Part shown: positions 9,411 through 19,595 of the stretch, one piece after another | How the letters are laid out: each line of letters opens with the position of its first letter | Position numbering within the stretch: position 1 is the stretch's first letter | NCBI GenBank assembly: GCA_004297545.1 | Contig: SCTB01000050.1 | Coordinates: 5,138-69,137, forward strand | Source: Alphaproteobacteria bacterium | GTDB taxonomy: Bacteria > Pseudomonadota > Alphaproteobacteria > Micavibrionales > UBA2020 | Length of the DNA: 64,000 bases | Direction: 5' to 3' | Position numbers and translations under genes: made by a program | The notes under the pieces: generated by a model | The model's database searches: none | Told to the model about the DNA's origin: nothing | The model's input: only the letters and a program-made list of their open reading frames with translations

Positions 9411-10400
9411 TTATGCGCTGTCCCGCTGCATGAATTCCAAAATATCACGGTCTTTATCAAGCGGAATGCCGATACGCTTGATTTCCCAGCGTAACATGAT
9501 GCCCGACTTTTCCGCAACACGTTTGCGCACTTCTTCGCCAAGGCGCTCGATATCCGCGGCCGTGGCGTCGCCGGTATTGATAAGAAAGTTGCAGTGCATC
9601 TGCGACACCTGAGCCCCGCCGACCTTGTGGCCGCGCAGACCCGCCTCGTCCACCAGCTGCCAGGCGCGCTTGCCGTCCGGGTTGGCGAAGGTCGATCCGC
9701 CGGTCTTGGTGCGGATGGGCTGGCTTTCGGCGCGCTTGTTCTTGATCTCATCCATGCGCCGTTCAATCTCTTTCACGTCGCCCTCGCGCCCCTTGAAACG
9801 CGCGCCCATGAAAATGACGTCTTCCGGCAGGTCGTTGTGGCGGTACGACAGGCCCATGCTTTCCGCCGTCATCTCTTTCACCGTGCCGTCGCGGAACAAA
9901 ACATCCGCCGTAATCAGAACATCCTTTGTCTCCCCGCCGTAAGCGCCGGCATTCATGCGCAGCGCGCCGCCGATGGTGCCGGGGATGCCGCTGAAAAATT
10001 CCAGTCCGGCGATGCCGTGCTTGGCCGCCGCGAGCGCCACGTTGATGTCGAGAGCGGCGGAACCTGCCGCCACATTCGTGCCCTGCGCCTCGATACTCGC
10101 GAATTCGCGGCCCATGCGGATCACCACACCCGGTACGCCGCCGTCGCGGATAATCATGTTCGACGCAACGCCCAGCACGGTGAGGGGAATATCACGCGGA
10201 CAGGCGCCGATAAAGTTTATAAGGTCCTCGCGGTCTTCGGGCTTGAACAGCACCTCCGCCGGGCCGCCGACGCCGAACCACGTCATATGCCCCAGCGGCG
10301 CATTGGGCGTCAGCCGCCCGCGCACTTTCGGCAAGCGGTCGAGAAGCGCCGTATTGAAGCGCGGGCCGTAAGGTTTCGCAATCGGGGACATCGCCGTCAT
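9411..10400 (-). CDS. murB: UDP-N-acetylenolpyruvoylglucosamine reductase MurB
   Basis: [13 protein letters not shown], a FAD-binding domain, and GSTFANP. The ATG at 10400 forms an ATGA overlap with the murC stop. Confidence 0.93.
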   Translation of the reverse strand: MTAMSPIAKPYGPRFNTALLDRLPKVRGRLTPNAPLGHMTWFGVGGPAEVLFKPEDREDLINFIGACPRDIPLTVLGVASNMIIRDGGVPGVVIRMGREFASIEAQGTNVAAGSAALDINVALAAAKHGIAGLEFFSGIPGTIGGALRMNAGAYGGETKDVLITADVLFRDGTVKEMTAESMGLSYRHNDLPEDVIFMGARFKGREGDVKEIERRMDEIKNKRAESQPIRTKTGGSTFANPDGKRAWQLVDEAGLRGHKVGGAQVSQMHCNFLINTGDATAADIERLGEEVRKRVAEKSGIMLRWEIKRIGIPLDKDRDILEFMQRDSA

Positions 10401-11872
10401 TTCTTGCCATTCGCCTTTTTTGCGCCGGTGCCGTAAAGGTCTTCCAGTTCCTTCGGCAGCGCATGGGCCCACTGGGTAATCGTCCCCGCGCCAAGGCAGA
10501 TGACGAAATCGCCGGGGCGCGCGATGTCGTAAATCAGCGGCGCCAGTGCCTGCGGGGCCGCCAGCGCATGCACGCGGTCCTTGCCGGATTTGCGGATGCA
10601 GCTCGCCAGCGCCTCCTTGTTCACGCCCGGAATGGCTTCTTCGCCCGCCGAATAGACATCGGCGACGATGACCTCGTCCGCCAGCGTAAAGCAGGTGCAG
10701 AACTGGTCGAACAATGACGACAGGCGCGTATAGCGGTGCGGCTGCACGATGGCGATGACGCGGCCGTTCTTGTCATGGCCCTGAATCGCGTCGCGGCCCG
10801 CTTTCAGCACGGCGGCGATTTCGACCGGGTGATGGCCGTAGTCGTCGATGATGGTAATGCCGTTCACGATGCCGGTGGTGGTAAAGCGGCGCTTGACGCC
10901 CTGGAATTTGCTCAGGGCCTCGACGATTTTTTCGTAGCCGATGCCGATATCGTGGCCGACCGCAAAGGTCGTCAGCGAGTTCAGCACGTTATGCGGCCCG
11001 AACATGGGCAGCTTCACGCCTTTTATCTCTTTGGGGAAGCCGGTCAGACGCGGGTTGTTGATGCGCACGTCATAGACCAGTCCGTCGGGCGTCGTGGTGA
11101 CATTCACGGCCTGTATATCCGCCGCGTCGCTGAAGCCGTAGGATATGACCTTGCGCTGGAACTGCGGAATCAGCTCGGCCACCACGGGGTGGTCGATGCA
11201 GCAGATGACGACGCCGTAGAACGGCAGGTTGCGCGCGTAGGAAATAAAGGCTTCCTTCACGTTTTCGAAGGTGCCGAAATAGTCCATATGCTCGGGGTCG
11301 ATATTGGTGATGATGGAAGCGACCGAGGGCAGCTTGGCGAAGGTGCCGTCGCTCTCGTCCGATTCCACGACCATCCAGTTCGACGCGCCCATGCGCGTAT
11401 TCGTGCCATAAGCATTGATGATGCCGCCGTTGATGACGGTGGGGTCGAGGCCGGCCTTCTCCAGCACATGGCCGATCATAGATGTCGTGGTGGTCTTGCC
11501 GTGCGTGCCGGAGATATTGATGCACCATTTCGACTTCATCAGCTCGGCCAGCAGCGCGACGCGCGGGATGACGGGCACGCCCTTTTGCTTCGCGGCGATG
11601 ATTTCAGGGTTGGTGTCCTTGACGGCGGTGGATTTGACGACCACGGCGCAGGGGCGGCCTTCGGCATCCAGTATATTTTCCGGCGCATGGCCGACGATGA
11701 CGCGCACGCCGAGTTTCCGCAGGCGCAGCACATTCGCATTTTCCGCCTGATCGGAGCCCTGCACGCGGTAGCCAAGGTTATTCAGCACCTCGGCATAGCC
11801 GCTCATGCCGATGCCGCCGATGCCGATGATATGCACGGTGCCGATAGGAAAGGGAAATGTGTTCTTCATCAT
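10397..11872 (-). CDS. murC: UDP-N-acetylmuramate--L-alanine ligase MurC
   Basis: HIIGIGGIGMSGYAEVL and GTHGKTTTTSM (Mur ligase P-loop). Confidence 0.97.
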   Translation of the reverse strand: MMKNTFPFPIGTVHIIGIGGIGMSGYAEVLNNLGYRVQGSDQAENANVLRLRKLGVRVIVGHAPENILDAEGRPCAVVVKSTAVKDTNPEIIAAKQKGVPVIPRVALLAELMKSKWCINISGTHGKTTTTSMIGHVLEKAGLDPTVINGGIINAYGTNTRMGASNWMVVESDESDGTFAKLPSVASIITNIDPEHMDYFGTFENVKEAFISYARNLPFYGVVICCIDHPVVAELIPQFQRKVISYGFSDAADIQAVNVTTTPDGLVYDVRINNPRLTGFPKEIKGVKLPMFGPHNVLNSLTTFAVGHDIGIGYEKIVEALSKFQGVKRRFTTTGIVNGITIIDDYGHHPVEIAAVLKAGRDAIQGHDKNGRVIAIVQPHRYTRLSSLFDQFCTCFTLADEVIVADVYSAGEEAIPGVNKEALASCIRKSGKDRVHALAAPQALAPLIYDIARPGDFVICLGAGTITQWAHALPKELEDLYGTGAKKANGKK

Positions 11873-11884
11873 ATGTCTTTCTGT

Positions 11885-12991
11885 TTAGCGTTTAAGCGTG
11901 GCGATTTTCTTTTCAACGACGTCGGCCAGATTGCGCGCGGCATCCGGCTGGCCGCAGGATTTCGCGGCGGCGGCCGCCTGTTCCAGCTGCTTCGGGTCCC
12001 GCATAAGTTCCGTGAGCTTCGCGGCGACGGCATCGGGGCTGAAAGTATCCTGCAGCATGACCCAGCCGCCGCCCTTGGTGGACAGCACCTCGGCGTTGAA
12101 TTTCTGCTGCATGTCCTTGTGGCCGGGGTAGGGCACGAAGATGGCCGGGCGGCCCACCGCCGCGATTTCCGCGACGGTCGAGGCGCCGGAGCGTCCTATG
12201 AACAAGTGACAGGTCTTCAGCCGGTCAGCCATATCGTTGAAGAAGGATTTAATCTCGACCTTGACGCCTGCGATCTTGTATTTCGCCTCTGTCGGCGCGA
12301 CGTCGTCTTCGCGGCACTGGTGCACGATGCTGAGTTTCTTCTTCAGGTCGTCGGGCAGCTTGCCGACGGCTTCGGGCACCACTTCGCTGAAGACCTTCGC
12401 GGCCTGGCTGCCGCCGGTGATAAATATCCTCATGTCGTTGGACGGAGGCTGGTACAGGTTGTTGCGCACCGCCACGATATCGGCGCGCACGGGGTTGCCC
12501 GTGGTCACCACCTTGTTCTGGTTCGCGGGCTTGATGCCCGAGGTGCCGGGCAGGGACACGGCGATCTGCTCCGCCTTGTCGGCCAGCCAGACATTCGCCT
12601 TGCCCAGCACCGCGTTCTGCTCATGCAGGATGGTCGGGATACCAAGGTGCTGCCCCGCGAAAACGCCGGGGAAGGACGGATAACCGCCGAAGCCCACGAT
12701 GACGTCGGGCTTTATTTTCTTCAGCAGCTTGCGCGCCTGCAAAATGCCGATGCCCATATCGGTCACGGCCTTAATTTTACTGATAATCCCGGCGCGCAAT
12801 GTCGCGGCGCGCACGGTATGAATCTCCACGCGGTCGCCCACGCTTTTGAACGCATTGCCGCGCTTGTCGGTGATGATGACGACCTTGTGGCCGCGCGCCA
12901 GCAGCTCCTGCGCCAGCGCTTCGGCCGGGAACAGGTGACCGCCGGTGCCGCCCGCCGCCAGGACGATGGTGCGTTGCTGTTTTTCAGCCAT
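11885..12991 (-). CDS. murG: UDP-N-acetylglucosamine--N-acetylmuramyl-(pentapeptide) pyrophosphoryl-undecaprenol GlcNAc transferase MurG
   Basis: LAAGGTGGHLFPAEALA, GGSQAA, and the dcw position. Confidence 0.97.
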   Translation of the reverse strand: MAEKQQRTIVLAAGGTGGHLFPAEALAQELLARGHKVVIITDKRGNAFKSVGDRVEIHTVRAATLRAGIISKIKAVTDMGIGILQARKLLKKIKPDVIVGFGGYPSFPGVFAGQHLGIPTILHEQNAVLGKANVWLADKAEQIAVSLPGTSGIKPANQNKVVTTGNPVRADIVAVRNNLYQPPSNDMRIFITGGSQAAKVFSEVVPEAVGKLPDDLKKKLSIVHQCREDDVAPTEAKYKIAGVKVEIKSFFNDMADRLKTCHLFIGRSGASTVAEIAAVGRPAIFVPYPGHKDMQQKFNAEVLSTKGGGWVMLQDTFSPDAVAAKLTELMRDPKQLEQAAAAAKSCGQPDAARNLADVVEKKIATLKR

Positions 12992-14186
12992 AGCTTTCTC
13001 CTGTTTGCGACCAGTTGCGCCACATCGTGGACGGGCTCGCCTGCGTGCGTTTGCGGGTCAGCGCCAGCAGCATGCCGATGCCAAGGCCGAGCGAGAGCAG
13101 CGATGAGCCGCCGTAGCTGATAAAGGGCAGCGTCATGCCCTTGGCGGGCAGCAATTGCAGCGACGAGCCCATGTGGATCAGGCTCTGCAGCGCGAACTGC
13201 GTCAGAAGCCCCGCTGTGCCGAGCACGATGAACAAATCATCGCTGTTCATCACGCGCCAGATGCAGCGCAGCAGGATAAAGCAGAAGACAAGAACGATAA
13301 AGAGGGCGGCGGCAAAGCCGAATTCCTCGCCTGCGACCGAAAAAATGAAATCGGCATGCGCGTCGGGCAGGTTCATCTTGATGACGCCGTGGCCGGGCCC
13401 CGTGCCGAACAGCCCGCCGTTGGCGAAAGCGTCGAGCGATTTCTGCACCTGATAGTTGTCGCCGCTCGCGGGGTCGAGGAAGCGGTCGATGCGGCTGGCC
13501 ACATGCGGGAAGAACAGGTAGGCGCCGAACAGCCCGCCTGCGCCCAGGATCCCCAGCGCCACGACCCAGAGCATGGGCAGGCCGGAGAGGAATATCTGCA
13601 CCGCCCAGATGGCGCAGAGCACGAAAGACATGCCAAGATCCGGCTGCGCCAGCAGCAGCATCAGGCACAGCGCGAAGACGCCGGTTGCGAGGTGCTGGCC
13701 GGGGAATTTCGACTGGTGCTGGTGGCGCGCGATTAGCCAGGCGGAAGTGACGGCGAAGGCGGGCTTCAGGAATTCGGAAGGCTGCAGCGAAAAGCCGAAG
13801 ACATGCACCCAGCGCGTCGCGCCCTTGATCTCGACGCCGAAGAAGATGGCGAACAGCGTCAGCACTATCGCGCCGACCAGCGTCGAAGAAGCGATGCGCC
13901 AGAGCATTTTGCGGTTCATGGTCGAGACGATAATCATCCCCAGCACGGTGGGGATCAGGAAGGCGATATGGCGGTAGACGAAGTAGAACGGCGCAAGGCC
14001 GAGGCGCTCCGCCACCGAGGGCGAGGCGGCTGTCACGATAACGATGCCCAGCATGATAAGGACGCCCAGCGCAGAGAGCGTCCAGCGGTCGACCGACCAC
14101 CACCAGCGCCCGAGGATGGACTTGTCGGTGCGCCCGAAGAGGGTAGACCCGGCGCGGCTCACCGCTTCCCTCAATTCATTGCTCAT
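12984..14186 (-). CDS. ftsW: peptidoglycan glycosyltransferase FtsW (SEDS family)
   Basis: The ATG at 14186 (MSNELREAVS...) forms an ATGA overlap with the murD stop. It is multi-TM with SEDS motifs (PDAHADFIFSV, LPAKGMTLPFISYGGSS). The upstream ORF-track extension is Arg-rich out-of-context sequence. Confidence 0.93.
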   Translation of the reverse strand: MSNELREAVSRAGSTLFGRTDKSILGRWWWSVDRWTLSALGVLIMLGIVIVTAASPSVAERLGLAPFYFVYRHIAFLIPTVLGMIIVSTMNRKMLWRIASSTLVGAIVLTLFAIFFGVEIKGATRWVHVFGFSLQPSEFLKPAFAVTSAWLIARHQHQSKFPGQHLATGVFALCLMLLLAQPDLGMSFVLCAIWAVQIFLSGLPMLWVVALGILGAGGLFGAYLFFPHVASRIDRFLDPASGDNYQVQKSLDAFANGGLFGTGPGHGVIKMNLPDAHADFIFSVAGEEFGFAAALFIVLVFCFILLRCIWRVMNSDDLFIVLGTAGLLTQFALQSLIHMGSSLQLLPAKGMTLPFISYGGSSLLSLGLGIGMLLALTRKRTQASPSTMWRNWSQTGESYG

Positions 14187-15589
14187 GCGGACTCCCTCTT
14201 GGCTGTGACGGCGGGCGCGGGAACGAGTTTTTTGACCAGCGCGACAAAGGCGTCGCCGCGCTGTTCGAAGTTCCTGTACTGGTCGAAGCTCGCGCAGGCG
14301 GGCGAGAGCAGCACGACGGCCTTGTCGAGCTTCTCGGCCTGCGCCATCGTATGCGCGATGGCGACGGCGTGGTCGAGCGTGCCGCAGCGCGTGAAGGGCG
14401 TGGATTTGTCGGACAGCCACTTCGCCATGACTTCTTCCGCCTCGCCGATCAGGAACGCGTGGCGCACGTGGGCGAGGTGCTTTTCGCAATCCGCGTAGCC
14501 GCCGTCCTTGGGCTTGCCGCCCGCGATCCAGTAGATGGGGTCGTAGGTGCGCAGCGCCACGCCCGCCGCCTGATCGTTGGTGGCCTTGCTGTCGTTGATG
14601 TAGAGGACGCTGTTGATGGAGGCGACGATGTTCTGCCGGTGCGCGAGGCCGGGGAAGCTCTGCATCGCCTTTGCGATGGTTTCCGCATCCAGCCCCGCCG
14701 CGCGGCACGCGGCATAGGCCATTCCGGCGTTCTGCCAGTTATGCGCGCCGGGCAGCGACGGGCATTTATTGAGGTCGATGATTTTTTTCTTGCCGTCGAA
14801 GAGCGCGCCGTCCTTTGACGCGAAAATGCCGCTCATCAGGGGCCTTTCACAGGATACCTGGACGATCTTGCGCCGCGCCAGCCTGCGCACACGCTCGGCC
14901 ACGCCCTGGCTCCATTCGTCGTCGATGCCGATGATAGCCACGCCGGGCCCGCGGAAAATATTCTCCTTCGCCGCGATATAGCCGTCCATGCCGCCATGGC
15001 GGTCCAGATGATCGGGGCTCAGGTTGATGAGGATGGAAATCTCCGGCGCGAAAGTCGGGCAGAGGTCGACCTGGTATGACGACATCTCCAGCACGTAAAT
15101 CGCGTCCTCGGGCAGGTCGGGCAGGGTCAGGATCGCCTCCCCGATATTGCCGCCGACGGCGGAAGGGACTTTCGCTTCTTTCAGGATATGCCCGATAAGT
15201 GCCGTGGTGGTCGATTTGCCGTTGGTGCCGGTGATCGCAATGGTGCGGTTCTTCGGCTTGGCGCGGCGGAACAGCTCGATATCGCCCAGCACCTCGACGC
15301 CCGCCGCCTTCGCCTTCAGGGCGGCCGGGTGCGGCTTCGGGTGCGTCAGCGGAATGCCGGGCGATATGCACAGGCAGGCGACGTCTTTGTAATCGTAAAC
15401 GGAAAGATCTTTCAGGGTTGCGCCCGCCGCCTCCGCGGCCTTGCGCGCCTCGGGCCCGTCGTCCCAGACGATGGTTGCGATACCGGCCTTCTTGCAGGCT
15501 TCATAGACAGGCATGCCCGACTTGCCGAGGCCGAGGATGGCGACGGCTTTGCCCTGCAGTTTTTCCTTCAGAGGCGACAGGTCGATCAT
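14183..15589 (-). CDS. murD: UDP-N-acetylmuramoylalanine--D-glutamate ligase MurD
   Basis: ILGLGKSG and ITGTNGKSTTTALI. Confidence 0.96.
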   Translation of the reverse strand: MIDLSPLKEKLQGKAVAILGLGKSGMPVYEACKKAGIATIVWDDGPEARKAAEAAGATLKDLSVYDYKDVACLCISPGIPLTHPKPHPAALKAKAAGVEVLGDIELFRRAKPKNRTIAITGTNGKSTTTALIGHILKEAKVPSAVGGNIGEAILTLPDLPEDAIYVLEMSSYQVDLCPTFAPEISILINLSPDHLDRHGGMDGYIAAKENIFRGPGVAIIGIDDEWSQGVAERVRRLARRKIVQVSCERPLMSGIFASKDGALFDGKKKIIDLNKCPSLPGAHNWQNAGMAYAACRAAGLDAETIAKAMQSFPGLAHRQNIVASINSVLYINDSKATNDQAAGVALRTYDPIYWIAGGKPKDGGYADCEKHLAHVRHAFLIGEAEEVMAKWLSDKSTPFTRCGTLDHAVAIAHTMAQAEKLDKAVVLLSPACASFDQYRNFEQRGDAFVALVKKLVPAPAVTAKRESA

Positions 15590-15593
15590 CTCC

Positions 15594-16676
15594 CTACCTC
15601 AGCTTCAGCGTTGACAGGCCGATCAGCGCGAAAATGATCGCGATGATCCAGAAGCGCACCACCACTTGAGTCTCCGCCCAGCCCATTTTCTCGAAATGGT
15701 GGTGGATGGGCGCCATCTTGAACACGCGCTTGCCGCGCGTCTTGAAAGACACGACCTGGATGATGACCGAGAGCGTCTCGATGACGAAAAGTCCGCCGAT
15801 GATGGCGAGGACGATCTCGTGCTTGGTCACGACGGCGATGGCGCCCAGGGCGCCGCCCATCGACAGCGATCCCGTGTCGCCCATGAAGACCATGGCCGGC
15901 GGCGCGTTGAACCACAGGAAGCCCAGGCCCGCGCCCACCAGCGCCCCGCAGAAGACGGCGAGCTCGCCTGCGTCCTTCACGTAGTGTATCTGCAGGTATT
16001 CCGCGAATTTCGCGTTGCCGATGAGATAAGAGATAATGCCGAAACAGGCCGCGCTGATCATGATAGGCCCGATGGCAAGACCGTCGAGCCCGTCGGTCAG
16101 GTTCACGGCGTTCGCGGCGCCGACCACGACCAGCAGCCCGAAGGGCACGAAGAACCAGCCGAGATCGACCAGCAGGTTCTTGAAGAAGGGGAAGGCAAGG
16201 CTGCTGCCGAGCACGGGGCCCGAGAGAATCATGACCACCAGCACCGCCACCAGCGCAATCGCGCATTCCAAAAACAGCCGCACCTTGCCCGGCACGCCCT
16301 TCGAGCTGCTCCGCGTCAGCTTGGCGTAATCGTCGCAAAAGCCGATCGCGCCGTAGCCGAGGAACACGAACAGGACCGTCCACATATAGGGGTTCGCCAC
16401 ATCGACCCACAAAATCGTCGACAGCGTGACGGTGAACAGGATCATCAATCCGCCCATGGTCGGCGTGCCGGCCTTTTTGAAATGCGTTTCCGGCCCGTCG
16501 GAGCGGATCTGCTGCCCCACTTTTTTCGCGCGCAGCCAGGCGATGAAGGAGGGGCCGATGATAAAGGACAAGATCATCGCCGTCATCATCGCGCCGCCGG
16601 TGCGGAACGTGATGTACTTGAACAGGTTGAAGATGAGGAACGTCTCTTTGAGAGGGTACAGAAGGTTATACAGCAT
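15594..16676 (-). CDS. mraY: phospho-N-acetylmuramoyl-pentapeptide transferase MraY
   Basis: [28 protein letters not shown]. Confidence 0.98.
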   Translation of the reverse strand: MLYNLLYPLKETFLIFNLFKYITFRTGGAMMTAMILSFIIGPSFIAWLRAKKVGQQIRSDGPETHFKKAGTPTMGGLMILFTVTLSTILWVDVANPYMWTVLFVFLGYGAIGFCDDYAKLTRSSSKGVPGKVRLFLECAIALVAVLVVMILSGPVLGSSLAFPFFKNLLVDLGWFFVPFGLLVVVGAANAVNLTDGLDGLAIGPIMISAACFGIISYLIGNAKFAEYLQIHYVKDAGELAVFCGALVGAGLGFLWFNAPPAMVFMGDTGSLSMGGALGAIAVVTKHEIVLAIIGGLFVIETLSVIIQVVSFKTRGKRVFKMAPIHHHFEKMGWAETQVVVRFWIIAIIFALIGLSTLKLR

Positions 16677-18120
16677 TGCGTTGGTCCTTCTGCTTCTGCT
16701 GGGAGGGCTGCAGCGCCTGCAGCGCGTGGATGATATAGCCCATCTTGCTTCCCGCTGATCCCTTGATCAGCAGCACGTCGCCGGGGCGCACCGCCTCGAT
16801 GACGCGCGCGGCCAGCGCCTTGCTGTCGCTCTCATGCGCCCCGCGCCAGTCGGGCGGCAGCGCGTGATAGAGCGCGTCCATCTGCGGGCCGCAACAAAAT
16901 AAGAGCTCCGTTTTGGCCTTCAGGAGCGGGTTGGCGAGCTCCGCATGCAGGCGGGGCCCGTCCTTTCCCAGCTCCAGCATGTCGCCGAGGACGGCGATGC
17001 GCCGGCCTTCGGGCGCGGGCTGCACCAGCTCGAACACCTTGAGGGCCGCCAGCATGGAGGCCGGGTTCGCGTTATAGCTTTCATCGATGATGGTAAGCGG
17101 CGGCTTGCCGCCGTCCAGCGTCACCATGATGCGGTTGCCGCGGCCCTCGACCGGCTCGGAGTTCTTCAGCGCTTCGACGGCCTTGCCCAGCTCTCCCGCC
17201 GCCGCCTTCACGACGGTCAGCGCCCCCAGCGAATTCACGACGATATGCTTGCCGGGGATGTTGATCTTGTACTTCACGCGCTCGCCCAGGATATCCGCCG
17301 TCACGCGGCTGGAATCGGCATGCAGCGTGCAGTCGATAAGACGGCTTTTCGCCTCCTCGTCCTCGCCGAAGCCGTAAATCTTGCGAAGCCCGCGCTTTTC
17401 GGCGGCGTTCTTCAGCCGCGCGAAATGCGGGTTGTCGACGTTCAAAATCACGATGCCCTTGTCATCCATGCCCTCGAAAATCTCGGCCTTGGCGTCGGCG
17501 ATGGCCTCGACGGTCTTGAAATGCTCGATATGCGCGGGCTCGATGGTGGTGATGATGACGATCTGCGGGCGCACTTGCGCCGTGAGCGCCGACATCTCGC
17601 CCTTGTGGTTCATGCCCATCTCGAAGACGGCAAAGCGCGCTGTCTTCGGCAGGTTGGCCAGCGACAGCGGCACGCCCCAGTGGTTGTTGAAGCTTTTCTT
17701 CGAGGCGTGGGTCTCGCCGATCGCGCCCAGCATCACGGACAGCATCTCTTTCGTGCCGGTCTTGCCGGCGGAGCCCGTCACGCCGATGATCGTCGCTTTC
17801 GTGCGGGCGCGCGAGGCTCTCCCCAGGCCCTCCAGCGCCTTCATCGTGTCATCGACGCGCAGCAGCGGCCATGTGGCGTCTTCGGGTTTGAAGTCTTTCG
17901 AGACGATGGCCGCGGAAGCACCCGCCTTGAACGCGGCCTCCACGTAATCGTGCCCGTCCAGCTTCTCGCCTTTCAGCGCAAGAAAAGCCTGCCCTTTCTT
18001 CAGGGTGCGCGTGTCGATGGATATGCCGGTCGCCGCAAAGTCATGCGTCGCCTCGCCCCCCGTCGCCTCCACCGCTTCCTTCGCGGTCCAGAGAATTTCT
18101 TTTTTATTGTTGGTGGTCAT
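16666..18120 (-). CDS. murF: UDP-N-acetylmuramoyl-tripeptide--D-alanyl-D-alanine ligase MurF
   Basis: [14 protein letters not shown], and the dcw position between murE and mraY. Confidence 0.96.
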   Translation of the reverse strand: MTTNNKKEILWTAKEAVEATGGEATHDFAATGISIDTRTLKKGQAFLALKGEKLDGHDYVEAAFKAGASAAIVSKDFKPEDATWPLLRVDDTMKALEGLGRASRARTKATIIGVTGSAGKTGTKEMLSVMLGAIGETHASKKSFNNHWGVPLSLANLPKTARFAVFEMGMNHKGEMSALTAQVRPQIVIITTIEPAHIEHFKTVEAIADAKAEIFEGMDDKGIVILNVDNPHFARLKNAAEKRGLRKIYGFGEDEEAKSRLIDCTLHADSSRVTADILGERVKYKINIPGKHIVVNSLGALTVVKAAAGELGKAVEALKNSEPVEGRGNRIMVTLDGGKPPLTIIDESYNANPASMLAALKVFELVQPAPEGRRIAVLGDMLELGKDGPRLHAELANPLLKAKTELLFCCGPQMDALYHALPPDWRGAHESDSKALAARVIEAVRPGDVLLIKGSAGSKMGYIIHALQALQPSQQKQKDQRNAV

Positions 18121-19595
18121 TTCGTTACCTCTAGTACCGCCGCTTTTGCTTCGCTGACGTCGTCAAAGGGCAGGACTTCCTTGCCCACAATTTGTCCCTG
18201 TTCGTGGCCCTTGCCGGCGATGACGAGGACGTCATCGGGGCCGAGCGCGCGGATGGCGGTGCGTATCGCATCGCGCCGTCCCGCGATTTCGGCCGCTTTC
18301 GGGCAGCCGCGCATCACTTCGCCGCGCACGAACGCGGGGTCTTCGGTGCGCGGGTTGTCGTCGGTCACGATGACCTTGTCGGCAAGCCTTGCCGCGATCT
18401 CGCCCATCATCGGGCGCTTGCCGCGGTCGCGGTCGCCGCCGCAGCCGAAAACGACATGCAGGTGCTTTGCCGTATGGGGGCGCAGCGCATTCAGCATGGT
18501 CTCGAGGCCGTCGGGCGTATGCGCGTAATCGACATAGATGGAGGCGCCGTTCGGGTGCCGTGCGGCGAATTCCAGCCGGCCGCGCACGCTCTGCAGCCCT
18601 TCCAGCGCATAGACGCCCTGCATATGCAGCAGGCGGTTGTCGGGGTCTTCCGCGATGACGAGGCCGAGCGCGCAGAGCGCGTTTTCCGCCTGGAACTCTC
18701 CGACCAGCGGCAGCTCCAGCTCGTACCTTTCGCCGAAAACCGTGATGTCGATAAACTGTCCCGAGGAGAGCGACTTGCGCTTGTTCAGCCGGATGTCTTT
18801 CGCGTCCCTGCCGAAATCGATCACGCGGACGCCGCGCGCCTTGCAGGCCTCGATCACGCGCTCCGAATAGGGCGTGTCGGCATGCACGACGCCGACGCCG
18901 TCCGGCTGCAGCACTTCGGTGAAAAGGCGCAGCTTGGCCTGGAAATAGTTTTCCATCGAGCCGTGATAATCGAGGTGATCGCGCGTGAGGTTGGTATAGC
19001 CCGCAGCGGTGACGCGCAGCCCGTCGAGCCGGTACTGGTCGAGGCCGATGGATGATGCTTCCATGGCCAGATGCGTGACGCCGGAAGCTTCCAGCTCGGC
19101 GATTTCCGAATGCAGCACGACCGGGTCGGGCGTGGTCAGGATGCCGGGGCGGTTGATGCCGGGGCCGATGATTCCAATGGTGCCAAGGCAGGCGGCGGCA
19201 TTGTCCATCGACTGCCAGATCTGGCGGCAGAAATTGACGGTCGAGCTTTTGCCGTTGGTGCCGGTGACAGCCACGACCACATCCATCTGCTTGCCGAAGA
19301 AATTGGCGGCCATCAGCGAAAAGCGCCGGCGCGGATTTTTGTCCGTCACGACGACGGCTTTCACGTCCTTCACGTCGGTGCCCTCCGGCCCCAGCACGGC
19401 GGCGGCGCCGCGGTTCACCGCGTCGGCGATGAATTGCCGCCCGTCGGCTTTCGCGCCTGGAAATGCCGCGAAAAGGTATCCCGCGCGCACTTCGCGCGAG
19501 TCGGACGTCAGCCCCCGAATTTCCAGCGTGGCGGCGGCAGCGGTATCGCTTACCTGCGCGCCTTCCGCGTCACCGATCAGCTCCAATAGATGCAA
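18117..19595 (-). CDS. murE: UDP-N-acetylmuramoyl-L-alanyl-D-glutamate--2,6-diaminopimelate ligase MurE
   Basis: LTSDSREVRAGYLFAA, VTGTNGKSST, DDNPRTEDP. It appears to start at TTG, and its stop forms an ATGA overlap with the murF start. Confidence 0.95.
   Translation of the reverse strand: MHLLELIGDAEGAQVSDTAAAATLEIRGLTSDSREVRAGYLFAAFPGAKADGRQFIADAVNRGAAAVLGPEGTDVKDVKAVVVTDKNPRRRFSLMAANFFGKQMDVVVAVTGTNGKSSTVNFCRQIWQSMDNAAACLGTIGIIGPGINRPGILTTPDPVVLHSEIAELEASGVTHLAMEASSIGLDQYRLDGLRVTAAGYTNLTRDHLDYHGSMENYFQAKLRLFTEVLQPDGVGVVHADTPYSERVIEACKARGVRVIDFGRDAKDIRLNKRKSLSSGQFIDITVFGERYELELPLVGEFQAENALCALGLVIAEDPDNRLLHMQGVYALEGLQSVRGRLEFAARHPNGASIYVDYAHTPDGLETMLNALRPHTAKHLHVVFGCGGDRDRGKRPMMGEIAARLADKVIVTDDNPRTEDPAFVRGEVMRGCPKAAEIAGRRDAIRTAIRALGPDDVLVIAGKGHEQGQIVGKEVLPFDDVSEAKAAVLEVTK

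Noticed and set aside
8468-9766. N-terminal extensions in the ORF track for ddl (to 9766), murB (to 10472), ftsW (to 14708), sdhC (to 37272), the HAD gene (from 50902), TerD-like 2 (from 50177), rhlE (to 61324) and the SH3 genes
   Set aside because: The extensions overlap the upstream gene in another frame or run through AT-rich intergenic DNA. Internal ATGs give canonical N-termini, often with ATGA start/stop coupling.
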